64,000 nt of DNA from a virus. Each line of letters opens with the position of its first letter. Position 1 is the stretch's first letter. The notes under the pieces are model-generated. The model did not search any database. It was not told the origin of the DNA and worked only from the letters and a program-made list of their open reading frames with translations. Below, piece by piece: positions 20,003 to 29,247 of the stretch. The position numbers and the translations under genes were made by a program. Where the stretch lies: the IMG/VR virus record IMGVR_UViG_3300036771_000036, positions 7,334-71,333 of that record. One strand, written 5' to 3'.

Positions 20003-20992
20003 ATGGTAAATACAGAAATTGCAAGCCTAGTAAATGAAAAAAGTAAAATGTTTGAATGGGCATCTAAAGTTGAATATAAGAAAGAATTGACTTCTGAAGA
20101 TAAAGAGATTTCTCAGGTAATGGATGCGTGGGCTAAGGATATTGGTAATAGAGGTTCAGATAATAGTAATGAACTTGCAAACTATATTATCAACGTAATT
20201 AAGCCAGAAGTTTACGATGTACCAGACGAACTTCTTGATTTTATGTTTGAACGTGGAACTCTGGATGAGTTTGATGATTATAAGATGGTGGAGGAACCAA
20301 AGAATACTCTAGTGGCTTATGACGCAGCTAAAGGTGGTAATGTAAATAAATCCTACATCGACAATAAAGCTACGTCCCCAGTATGGAAACATAAGCAAGT
20401 AGAAACATCCATCTCTTATGTCGATCTTAGACGTAATGGTTTTAAATCAATCGCCAATCTGACCGTTTTTGGTAAAGAGGCTTTACAAAACAAAATGTTT
20501 TACGACATCTTTTCTCAAATTGATGCCGCTATCACTGGTGGAGAACAATTGATTACGGTAGGTGGTTCTAATCCTTCGATTGCCGCAATGGATCAACTTG
20601 CACTATACTTGGCTGATCGCGGAGAGAATCCGTTCACCGTATCTTTGTCTAAATACGCACAGCAAATTGCCCGTATGACTGGTCATGCAGCCTATATGAG
20701 CGAAGAAATGAAAAACAACTTTAATCGCTATGGATTGGTTAATTTCTACAATGGTGTGCGTGTTGGACAAATCTCTGGTGCTAAACGTACAGGTGATGAT
20801 ATGCAATTGCTTCCTGATAAACGTATCTTTGGTTTGGCAGGAAAAATCGGTAAATTGGACATGCGCGGAGATCTGCGTGTATATGAGACGTTTGACAACA
20901 ATAAAGAAAAGGTTGACATTAAAATTACTGGTTTCGAATTCGGTACAGCAATCAATAAAATCGATAAAATTGCTAAGATTGTGTTGACTTAA
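20003..20992 (+). CDS. major capsid protein (YonB-like)
   Basis: 329 aa, strong RBS, position in the head module, followed by a stem-loop. Confidence 0.75.
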   Translation: MVNTEIASLVNEKSKMFEWASKVEYKKELTSEDKEISQVMDAWAKDIGNRGSDNSNELANYIINVIKPEVYDVPDELLDFMFERGTLDEFDDYKMVEEPKNTLVAYDAAKGGNVNKSYIDNKATSPVWKHKQVETSISYVDLRRNGFKSIANLTVFGKEALQNKMFYDIFSQIDAAITGGEQLITVGGSNPSIAAMDQLALYLADRGENPFTVSLSKYAQQIARMTGHAAYMSEEMKNNFNRYGLVNFYNGVRVGQISGAKRTGDDMQLLPDKRIFGLAGKIGKLDMRGDLRVYETFDNNKEKVDIKITGFEFGTAINKIDKIAKIVLT

Positions 20993-21005
20993 TATGTTTT
21001 GAAAC

Positions 21006-21029
21006 GGGGGGTGAAATATTATACCCCCC
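21006..21029 (+). terminator. stem-loop after the capsid gene
   Basis: GGGGGGT...ACCCCCC without a U-tract. Confidence 0.45.
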
Positions 21030-21051
21030 ACCACAAAGAAAGGGAGAGATT

Positions 21052-21738
21052 ATGAATTTTAATGACAGTACGCTAATTGATGTTTACAACTATACAGATG
21101 GGTGTGTGTCTGTAACAAGTAATATTAGACCAGATGGTTATCTATTTGAACCTTCAAGAGATGAAAATCCGTTTGTATTACAGCTTTCGTTTGGCGAAGT
21201 TCGCGGTATTAATACACAGTCTCACGTTTTCCGTGAAGGACATCTACAATTTGACCCGTCTCTAGAGAAAGAAATCTATGAATCTTTAGGTGTTCGTAAA
21301 TGGGAATCTATCCTAAAAGACGAAGATATTAAGAAGATTATTTTAGAACCCACTAAAGAAGGACTAGAATTATTGATGAAGATTGACTCAACATCACTCT
21401 TTGAACGTGTACGTGGAATGGTCACTCAACTATATAATTCCAATGCCTATGACATTTCTACTAGAGTGAAGAACGCTATAGATAGTCGTTATAAGGAACT
21501 CTATGAAGGAAAACGGATTACGGGTATTCAAATTAGAAAAACTACATCAGAGGTAGAAGCTGAAGCTAAAGAGGATAAACAGAGAGAACTGCAAGAGATT
21601 CTAGCTGAAGAGCGAAAGAAAATTGAAGCACAAGTCAGAGCAGAATATGAAGCAAAGCAAGCAGAGGGAAAAGAAACAAAGAAACAGTCAGGAACACGTA
21701 ATAGAACAAACCCTGCTCAAGAAGCTCCTTCGGAATAA
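21052..21738 (+). CDS. phage morphogenesis protein (YonA-like by position)
   Basis: 228 aa after the capsid gene. Confidence 0.55.
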   Translation: MNFNDSTLIDVYNYTDGCVSVTSNIRPDGYLFEPSRDENPFVLQLSFGEVRGINTQSHVFREGHLQFDPSLEKEIYESLGVRKWESILKDEDIKKIILEPTKEGLELLMKIDSTSLFERVRGMVTQLYNSNAYDISTRVKNAIDSRYKELYEGKRITGIQIRKTTSEVEAEAKEDKQRELQEILAEERKKIEAQVRAEYEAKQAEGKETKKQSGTRNRTNPAQEAPSE

Positions 21739-21749
21739 GGAGGTTACTT

Positions 21750-22238
21750 ATGGGTACTTCAGTTGAATCAGTTTTTGATTCTTTCTATCGACTTATTGAG
21801 AGAGACTTAGATTTCTTTACATACCAGAATGTTCCTGATCACGAGGCCGAAAACATTGTTAAGGAACGATCTTACCGATACTTAGACGAAGCAATTTCTA
21901 AATTGTTGTTGCAGGGAATTCCAGAAATTTCATTTGGATATAATCAAGATACTGAAAGTTTCGATGAAGAATTAACAAGAGTAGAGATAAATATTGTCGC
22001 TCAGTTAATGCTTGAATGTCATTTCCATCGTGATTACTCAACTCTTAAAGTCAACCAAATTCACTTCAGTCCGAAAGATTTGCAATCTTTTAGTCCAGCG
22101 AATGAAAGAAAAACCTTTGTGGATATGTACAATGGGATAGTTTCTGATAACAGACTTAGCTTAAGTGAATATTTCTCTAGGAATCGACTAACTGGTGCTT
22201 TAAAAGGCATTGACTACAGCAAGTATCAGTTTGATTGA
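21750..22238 (+). CDS. head-tail adaptor-like protein
   Basis: 162 aa, KDLQSFSPAN motif, synteny. Confidence 0.55.
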   Translation: MGTSVESVFDSFYRLIERDLDFFTYQNVPDHEAENIVKERSYRYLDEAISKLLLQGIPEISFGYNQDTESFDEELTRVEINIVAQLMLECHFHRDYSTLKVNQIHFSPKDLQSFSPANERKTFVDMYNGIVSDNRLSLSEYFSRNRLTGALKGIDYSKYQFD

Positions 22239-22246
22239 GGTGAAAT

Positions 22247-23470
22247 ATGGATTTAGGATATTTTCGAAAGATTAACAACGCTTATGCAATAAATCAATAT
22301 AAGGATATAGATGTCTACAACAACAAAAGAAAGTTAGCATCAAGTTTTATGTTGAATCCCTTAGCGTACACTGTTGAGGTCAATGGGATCAGTAAAAATC
22401 TCTGGATTTTACCAACTATAAAAAAGGATATATGTAAACTGACAGCACACCCTTACGAGAAGTTCGTTGAGGCGGGTGAACTTGTTTACTGGAACGATGA
22501 CTATTGGTTAATCATTGAATCCAAACCTCATACAGATATTGTCTCACAAGGAACTATGGAAAGGTGTAATCAAACGTTAAAATGGATTGATGACAACGGA
22601 GATATCCAAGAGCATCCTACTGTTTACTATTTCAACACAAGGTCAAACTTTGGGGTTGAAGAGGGCAAAGTAATGAATTTACCTGACGGTAGACGACAAA
22701 CCATCGTGCAGCTTAATGAGCACACACAAAAACTTAAGCGCGATGATCGTTTTATATTCGGTGGTGAAGTTTTTAAAGTAATTGATTATGATTATGTTTC
22801 CGATGAAGGATTAGTCAATCTTAGTTTACAGTCAGATCAGTATAACGAAGCAAAAGACAATCTTGAATTAGGCATTGCCGATTACTATCGATATGTACCT
22901 TATAGTATGAAATTACTTAATAATGATACAAACAGTATTGGTATCAACCAGACTATCCAATTAAACGTTGAAGTAAGAAAAGGCGAAAAACTTATATCTA
23001 ATCCTTCCCTTGAATTCATTGTAATTAATAACGAAATTGGAGACATTGATTCCACAGGACTGTTTACACCTAAACAAGTTGGAGAGACAGGAATCACTAT
23101 TAATTACAAAGGGATTTCAGAAACTATCAGGATTCTAGTGGTAGATAGTATTAGAAATGAATACTCTGTTACAGTTTCTGGCAACGATTCAATTAAGTCT
23201 GGTCGTGAAGGTACATATACGAGTGAATTCCACTTGAATGGCTCTCCATGGATTGATGAGGGCTTATTTGTGCTGTCTTCAGAAGATGGAGTGACACCTA
23301 GCAAGTATGCATCTATTACTTCTCAAGGCAACAACAAGTGTACGATTAAAGCAGTAAGCAATATTGATTTCACTAAAATCAAAGTTCCTCTGTACGTGCA
23401 ATTACATGTGCAGAATCTCAATGGATTATCAGTTGGGAATAAGAGAATTAAGATAATTCCACTAATTTAA
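22247..23470 (+). CDS. head closure-like protein with C-terminal Ig-like domains
   Basis: GDIDSTGLFTPKQVGETGITI Ig-like pattern; synteny. Confidence 0.6.
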   Translation: MDLGYFRKINNAYAINQYKDIDVYNNKRKLASSFMLNPLAYTVEVNGISKNLWILPTIKKDICKLTAHPYEKFVEAGELVYWNDDYWLIIESKPHTDIVSQGTMERCNQTLKWIDDNGDIQEHPTVYYFNTRSNFGVEEGKVMNLPDGRRQTIVQLNEHTQKLKRDDRFIFGGEVFKVIDYDYVSDEGLVNLSLQSDQYNEAKDNLELGIADYYRYVPYSMKLLNNDTNSIGINQTIQLNVEVRKGEKLISNPSLEFIVINNEIGDIDSTGLFTPKQVGETGITINYKGISETIRILVVDSIRNEYSVTVSGNDSIKSGREGTYTSEFHLNGSPWIDEGLFVLSSEDGVTPSKYASITSQGNNKCTIKAVSNIDFTKIKVPLYVQLHVQNLNGLSVGNKRIKIIPLI

Positions 23471-23476
23471 AGGAGC

Positions 23477-23995
23477 GTGTTCATGGGACAAGCTATTGTA
23501 AGGCTCGGAGAACTAAAGGTTGAAAAGTTTGTTGAAGGAGTGGTTAATAACTATCTAGTCTATTCACCTCTGCCACTATCCAAACAGCATTCGTCTGGAC
23601 TGGATGGAGACATTGTAATAAGTGCCACTCCAACAGTTGAAATTATTGATGCTGACTTAGATGTGGCTATTGATCCACAGTATGAATATGCCTATTCGAT
23701 TGGTACTGATAATAAACTCAAAGTTGCATTCGATAAGACTAAGCATACTAACAAAGGTAGTGCTGTTGATGCCCTTAAATGTGTAAGTGTAACATTTGAG
23801 CAAGGCGAATTGATGGTTACAGGTAATGAGTATGTACTCACAGTGCACAATAGCCGTGGTGAAGAGGTTCACAGAACTGTACCACAATCACCAGCACAAT
23901 TACTAACAATCATTTCAACGTTTGATGATACTCGTCAAGTTGATGAGATTGGTCCATTGGATTATAGAATTCGTCGAAATTACACTGTAAAGTAG
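23477..23995 (+). CDS. hypothetical structural-module protein
   Basis: 172-aa ORF in the operon, AAGGAG RBS. Confidence 0.6.
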   Translation: MFMGQAIVRLGELKVEKFVEGVVNNYLVYSPLPLSKQHSSGLDGDIVISATPTVEIIDADLDVAIDPQYEYAYSIGTDNKLKVAFDKTKHTNKGSAVDALKCVSVTFEQGELMVTGNEYVLTVHNSRGEEVHRTVPQSPAQLLTIISTFDDTRQVDEIGPLDYRIRRNYTVK

Positions 23996-24002
23996 GTGTG
24001 GT

Positions 24003-24476
24003 ATGTCAAGATTCAAGGATTTGGCAAGGGACAAGAACACCTTTTTAAACATGATCATCGGCAATGAGGAAGTTATGAAGGCGCTGGCGTACAACGAAAG
24101 GAATTTCCTTGAGAAAGAACCAGTTGCAAATTCAGAAGATTATATCTATGAACAGATCATGCCCTATCGTTTCATTCCTGAAACACTTAGTGAAAAGAAG
24201 ACTTTTATCACGATGACTTTCGATAATTTTAAGCCAGTAAACAATGTCTTTAAGACAGGGATGGTAATTTTTGAGGTATTCACACACCAAGAGTTATTCA
24301 GAACCGATCATGGAGTGCTGAGGGTAGACTATATAATTAACAAGATTGATGAGCTTTTTAATGATGTTAGAGTTGCGGGGATTGGCAAGTTGGAGTATGC
24401 AAAGATGGGAAACTTGACAGTGAATGAAAAGTATCACGGTTCTTACATAGCATATAAAATGTATGAGAAGAATTGA
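24003..24476 (+). CDS. tail terminator-like protein
   Basis: RVDYIINKIDELFN...GIGKLE pattern; synteny. Confidence 0.55.
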   Translation: MSRFKDLARDKNTFLNMIIGNEEVMKALAYNERNFLEKEPVANSEDYIYEQIMPYRFIPETLSEKKTFITMTFDNFKPVNNVFKTGMVIFEVFTHQELFRTDHGVLRVDYIINKIDELFNDVRVAGIGKLEYAKMGNLTVNEKYHGSYIAYKMYEKN

Positions 24477-25189
24477 TTAACCTAGAAGCCGTAAAACTAA
24501 GAACACTTGCCAACAAACCCATACTATACAAGAATTTAACTATAGCACCTAAAACTTTAAACTCAATAATCGATGTAGGGTACGAGGAATATAACCATAA
24601 GCTTTACATTGTGAATTTAGCAGTTGAAAACTTATTGTTGCCGACCGAAGAAGATGTAAAAGTCGATATTAGTATGATTGAATTATTGATGGAGGCAGAC
24701 AGTGATTCTTTGGTTGCATATTTATCAGCAATCTCATTTTTTATTAACGAGGAAATTGGACTGTCTCCAGACATGGAATCATTGATCATAGGTAAAGAAA
24801 CGTTCTCTTTCAAAGAAGTGGACGACATTACAGATATAATTAAGATTCAAAATTGCGTCATAACTAAAGTCGATGATTTCAATCCCTTAAATGAAAATGT
24901 CAAAAAGCTAAGAGAGAAAATGTTGGCTAGACAAAGAAGACTTAAAGAGTTAAAAGGAGACGATGATGAAGGAAAGTCTCTTAGTTTTTTAGATTTAATC
25001 TCGATACTATGCTCAAATGCCAATGGAATTAATATCACGAATGTTTTTGATTTAAACTTTTTTCAATTTAACGATCAGTTCAACCGTATGAAGTTGCTAG
25101 ATGACTACAACGTAAATGTTCAGGCACTCCTACACGGTGCTGATCCAAAAAAAACAAAACTAATACACTGGATGTCAAAGGGAGAGTAG
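24473..25189 (+). CDS. tail assembly protein (YomV-like by position)
   Basis: VFDLNFFQFNDQFNR...LIHW; precedes the tail tube gene. Confidence 0.55.
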   Translation: MINLEAVKLRTLANKPILYKNLTIAPKTLNSIIDVGYEEYNHKLYIVNLAVENLLLPTEEDVKVDISMIELLMEADSDSLVAYLSAISFFINEEIGLSPDMESLIIGKETFSFKEVDDITDIIKIQNCVITKVDDFNPLNENVKKLREKMLARQRRLKELKGDDDEGKSLSFLDLISILCSNANGINITNVFDLNFFQFNDQFNRMKLLDDYNVNVQALLHGADPKKTKLIHWMSKGE

Positions 25190-25240
25190 TCTATCGGACT
25201 GCTCATTTTTGTATGTCCAAAATAATGGAGGAAATTAAAA

Positions 25241-25975
25241 ATGCAATATGGTTCACGCGAAATTATGGACGTAGTATTGAAAGACCCAGCAACAGGAGAG
25301 CCAAAGGTATACCTAGAAAGTCTTACGACTTCTACATTTGAGTTCCAAGGATCGACAGTATATGCACGCGGAGGCAAAGGACACCCTAAACGTATCGGTT
25401 GGGATTCTGAGAAAGACGTAACACTCAATATGGAGGATGCTTTGATTTCCAAAGAATCTCTAGGTGTACTTACAGGTTCAGAGTTCAAAAAAGGCGTTAA
25501 AGCTGTACATAAGAAAGAAGTAATCACGATTGAAGAATTGAACACACTGACTCTAGAAAAAGAACCTCTGGCAACTAAACCTGCATTCTTTTATCGTACA
25601 GTAGATGGAACGTCTATGGGTGAGAAATTGGTATCTGCAACGCCTGTCACACAAGAAATTACTATTACCGGATTGGCGGTAGGTGAGAAAGTGATTGCTG
25701 ATTACTACTACAATGCTCCTGATACAACTCAAAGCATGACTGTTGCTTCGGACGTGTTCCCCGGAACTTACCTGTTGGAAGGGACAACTATGTGGAGAAA
25801 TGAAGATGGTATTGATGTGGAAGCAAAATACACAGTGCCTAAACTCAAAGTTCTGCCGGGATTCTCTATTGGTATGGCATCTACTGGAGATCCGCAACCA
25901 TTTACGTTTACTTGTGAGGTATTGAAAGATACTAAGTCGACAGCGATGGTAGTTATTGATTTGTTGGAAGACTAA
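25241..25975 (+). CDS. major tail tube protein
   Basis: YARGGKGHPKRIGWD and TGDPQPFTF motifs; strong RBS; followed by a terminator. Confidence 0.75.
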   Translation: MQYGSREIMDVVLKDPATGEPKVYLESLTTSTFEFQGSTVYARGGKGHPKRIGWDSEKDVTLNMEDALISKESLGVLTGSEFKKGVKAVHKKEVITIEELNTLTLEKEPLATKPAFFYRTVDGTSMGEKLVSATPVTQEITITGLAVGEKVIADYYYNAPDTTQSMTVASDVFPGTYLLEGTTMWRNEDGIDVEAKYTVPKLKVLPGFSIGMASTGDPQPFTFTCEVLKDTKSTAMVVIDLLED

Positions 25976-25983
25976 AAATACAT

Positions 25984-26017
25984 AGGGCTGAGTCTAAACC
26001 GCTTAGCCCTGTTTTTC
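25984..26017 (+). terminator. terminator-like hairpin after the tail tube gene
   Basis: AGGGCTGAG...CTTAGCCCT-GTTTTTC. Confidence 0.6.
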
Positions 26018-26031
26018 TATAGGAGTAAAAC

Positions 26032-26790
26032 ATGAAGACAATTACAATAGCCGCACCTGTTCGAAATAGAGAATGGATACTTCCACAGTATTTATTAAAG
26101 ATATTTGAGATCAATTACCCTAAATCATTAATCGATCTACACTTTGTTGTTAATGATAGTTTAGACAGAACATTTGATTTACTGACAGAATTTAAAAAAG
26201 ACAATAAAGGATTGTACAATAATATCAGGATTGATGTTGTAAATAACAATGTACCCGAAGATGAACGAGAGTTTACGGTAAGGAATAAATACATATATAA
26301 GAGTTTGAGCAACTTAAAGAATTACATTATGAGCAAAGTTCGAACCGATAAATTGATGTTTATCGATACAGATATCCTTGTAAAACCTGATGTTATTACT
26401 AAGTTGCTTAAACACGGAAAGAACATTATATCGGGGTTGATTTACAATGGATATCTAACTAATAAAGAGAAGCCTTATCTACATCCCAATGTTATGAGGT
26501 TGAATGATGCAGGACAATATCATCATGTTGCAAACTATCATGTGAAAAATGCTCCTTTTTCACTTTGTTCTCGCGTCGAGAAGGTTGATTTGACTGGAGC
26601 GATTATTCTTTTGGATAAGTCCGTATACAAAACAATTAGGTACGGTTTCCATCCACAAGGCGAGGATGCATATTTTTGCAAGATGGCTCAAGACAATGGC
26701 TTTGAGCTTTTTTGTGATTTGTTTGCCTATTCGCAACACATTATGTCGCCACAATATCTAGAACTATATAAAAAGGGAGAATTAAATTAA
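26032..26790 (+). CDS. glycosyltransferase, GT-A fold (GT2-like)
   Basis: ITIAAPVRNRE, VVNDSLD, FIDTDIL (DxD), QGEDAYFC. Confidence 0.85.
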   Translation: MKTITIAAPVRNREWILPQYLLKIFEINYPKSLIDLHFVVNDSLDRTFDLLTEFKKDNKGLYNNIRIDVVNNNVPEDEREFTVRNKYIYKSLSNLKNYIMSKVRTDKLMFIDTDILVKPDVITKLLKHGKNIISGLIYNGYLTNKEKPYLHPNVMRLNDAGQYHHVANYHVKNAPFSLCSRVEKVDLTGAIILLDKSVYKTIRYGFHPQGEDAYFCKMAQDNGFELFCDLFAYSQHIMSPQYLELYKKGELN

Positions 26791-27830
26791 TGAAATCAGA
26801 TAAACAAATTACAGTTATTTACCCACCAACCGTGGACTATTACATGCTCTTTCAGCGTCCACAACAATTACTCAAGGCACTGTCTAAGATTCAAAATGTC
26901 AGATCTATTTTCATCACTTCAGAGGTGTTCAAGAAACTGCCAAAGCCAATTGTTGAAATCAACAAGGATATGTATGTCGTAAGTGGAAACTCAGACTATG
27001 CGTCACTGGTAAAAGGTAAAGTTGTGTTTTGGGTATCATATCCAGATCATATTGACTATCCATTAACGGTACAGAAAGATGTTGTAGTATTTGATGCAAT
27101 AGATAATCCCGTTGAAGAATTTTCCTATTGGGCAAAGAATCTAAAAAGAGCAATTGATAAGGCAGATTTGATTTCATGTACGGCAAATGTACTTTTTGAG
27201 CAGCACAGTAAAAATGAAAATAAACCAGTTTTTCTTTGCCCTAATGGTGGAGACTATGACCACTTTAAGAAAGCCAAAAAGAAACTTGAGAAGCCATCAG
27301 ACTTTCCTGTATTTGAGAATGACAAAGAAGTGATTGGATTTTATGGTGCTCTTGCATCGTGGCTAGATATTGAACTGATTCAAAAGATTGCTGAGAAATT
27401 CAATGTTGTTCTGATTGGTAAAAATCAATACTATCCTGTTGAAGTTGTGCATCCTAATATTGCAAACATTGAGCATAAGGACTATTCGCAATTGCCCTAT
27501 TACCTTTCACACTTCGACGTTGCTATGATTCCATTTAAGTTGACTGAGATGATGAAGGGTTGTGATCCGGTTAAATTACAAGAGTATTTGTCTAGCGGTA
27601 AACCTGTAGTAGCAACTGAAATTGAGGATGTAGTCGCTAATTTCTCTGATGTTGTAGATTTTATTAACATAGATAATTGTCATGAGGTTATTGAAAAAGC
27701 AATCAAGGAAAATAGTAGTGAGAAGGAACAGGCGCGTATTCAAACAGCTATCAATAACTCATGGGATGTAAGAGCACAGACTGCAATCAAAACTATAAAT
27801 GAGTATATGACAACCAAGGGAGATGAATAA
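26790..27830 (+). CDS. glycosyltransferase, GT-B fold (GT4-like)
   Basis: FQRPQQL, PNGGDYDHF, IGFYGAL, PVKLQEYLSSGKPVVAT. Confidence 0.88.
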   Translation: MKSDKQITVIYPPTVDYYMLFQRPQQLLKALSKIQNVRSIFITSEVFKKLPKPIVEINKDMYVVSGNSDYASLVKGKVVFWVSYPDHIDYPLTVQKDVVVFDAIDNPVEEFSYWAKNLKRAIDKADLISCTANVLFEQHSKNENKPVFLCPNGGDYDHFKKAKKKLEKPSDFPVFENDKEVIGFYGALASWLDIELIQKIAEKFNVVLIGKNQYYPVEVVHPNIANIEHKDYSQLPYYLSHFDVAMIPFKLTEMMKGCDPVKLQEYLSSGKPVVATEIEDVVANFSDVVDFINIDNCHEVIEKAIKENSSEKEQARIQTAINNSWDVRAQTAIKTINEYMTTKGDE

Positions 27831-28313
27831 ATGGCAAAATCAAATAAATTCACACTAGCCAAACTTAATGCTATTGATAATAAAAATAATCAACGTAAAA
27901 CAATTTATGTAACTCCTGAGAAATATGAAGTTAATATACATACACATTTCCGCGAATCACTGATGGAGGATGTAGTAACAGAATATATTGCTCTGGTTGA
28001 GGAATTGCGAAATAAAACTGAGCTTGACGATGTAATGATTCGTGGAACACTGAGTCTATTTAACGTATTGGTAATGAAGAAATTCACTGACCTTCCATTT
28101 CCGAAGAAGATGGATTTGGGCAGTCTGATCGCGATTTCAAGAAAGTTTATGGACAACGGGATTACAAATGAAGTAATCAATTCATTCCCAAAAGAAGAAA
28201 CAGACAAACTTGAACAACGATTCAAAGTAGCCCAGCAAAATGCAGCGAAAATAATTGCTGAAATGGCGGTTACTTCAGTTGCTCAAGCTCAGGAAATTTC
28301 TGATGCAAATTAA
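27831..28313 (+). CDS. tail assembly chaperone-like protein
   Basis: 160 aa between tail tube and tape measure genes. Confidence 0.5.
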   Translation: MAKSNKFTLAKLNAIDNKNNQRKTIYVTPEKYEVNIHTHFRESLMEDVVTEYIALVEELRNKTELDDVMIRGTLSLFNVLVMKKFTDLPFPKKMDLGSLIAISRKFMDNGITNEVINSFPKEETDKLEQRFKVAQQNAAKIIAEMAVTSVAQAQEISDAN

Positions 28314-28734
28314 GACACAGAGAGACCTTGAGAGATTCTTAAAGCAACTTCAACAACCAGTTACTAAGGCACTAAATGGCAATGTAGCTCAAGCTGTTAA
28401 GAAAGTAATGAAGGATAAAGTACAAACGGAAGTCTATGACCCATATAAGCCTAGTGTATATCAGCGAACAGGTAAATTAGGTAGTGAAGAGAGTATGGAA
28501 TCCAATATTATCAATGACACCACCTTAGTAGTTGAAAATGTTCGCTCTGATGGAGACAGAAATGTGGCTGAAATTGTGGAGACAGGTAATGGATATACAT
28601 ACGATTTTCAGTATTCAGGTATTGCTCGACCATTCACTGAAGCTACACGAGAAGAGTTAGTAAACACAGGAGCCCATTTAGCGGCTTTGTATCAGGGTTT
28701 GAAGCAACAGGGAATAAACGTAGAAAAGAAATAA
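28303..28734 (+). CDS. neck/tail completion-like protein
   Basis: VYDPYKPSVYQRTGKL...ARPFTEAT; ATG at 28303. Confidence 0.6.
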   Translation: MQIKTQRDLERFLKQLQQPVTKALNGNVAQAVKKVMKDKVQTEVYDPYKPSVYQRTGKLGSEESMESNIINDTTLVVENVRSDGDRNVAEIVETGNGYTYDFQYSGIARPFTEATREELVNTGAHLAALYQGLKQQGINVEKK

Positions 28735-28747
28735 GGGAGAATTAAAT

Positions 28748-29173
28748 ATGAAGATTCAAAATAAAGCTTTGGAACTATTCATTCTGCATTTGCGCTCACT
28801 AAACTTGGAACATGACATGACTGGAAGTAGAATGAGAACGCGATTGGTAAGAATGTTATTGTCACATTACGAAGAAATTATGAATGAGGCTAGTGAAGTT
28901 AATCTTAAGTATACAAAGAAGAATGATGATGGAACTGTGTACTTGGAAGATGAGATTGTGCAGTTTACTGATCCAGAAGCACGAAAAAAAGAATTGATTG
29001 AAATTGGAAATGAGTTCACCATCATTGAACAAAACGAGGCAAATAAGCAAATGTTGTTGTCTGTTAGAGAGTCAGTCATTAACATCATTCCATTTGAACT
29101 AAAAGATACAGATGCAGAATTATACGATGAATTCTGTGAAATTGTTGAACAAATTAAATACGAAGAAACATGA
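28748..29173 (+). CDS. DUF1617-like phage protein
   Basis: SRMRTRLVRML...DAELYDEFCE pattern. Confidence 0.5.
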   Translation: MKIQNKALELFILHLRSLNLEHDMTGSRMRTRLVRMLLSHYEEIMNEASEVNLKYTKKNDDGTVYLEDEIVQFTDPEARKKELIEIGNEFTIIEQNEANKQMLLSVRESVINIIPFELKDTDAELYDEFCEIVEQIKYEET

Positions 29174-29247
29174 GAAGCGGTCATTTGAATCGCTTCTTTT
29201 TTATTTCTCTTTAGACATTAGAAGCAAAAAGGAAGTGGTTTAAGTTA

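Noticed and set aside
19045-21034. Long minus-strand ORFs opposite the head genes (and similar ones elsewhere)
   Set aside because: Antisense shadows of well-supported genes, lacking RBS and recognisable motifs.
28255-28313. Programmed frameshift in the tail assembly chaperone
   Set aside because: No clear XXXYYYZ slippery site; the overlap is explained by an ATG at 28303.
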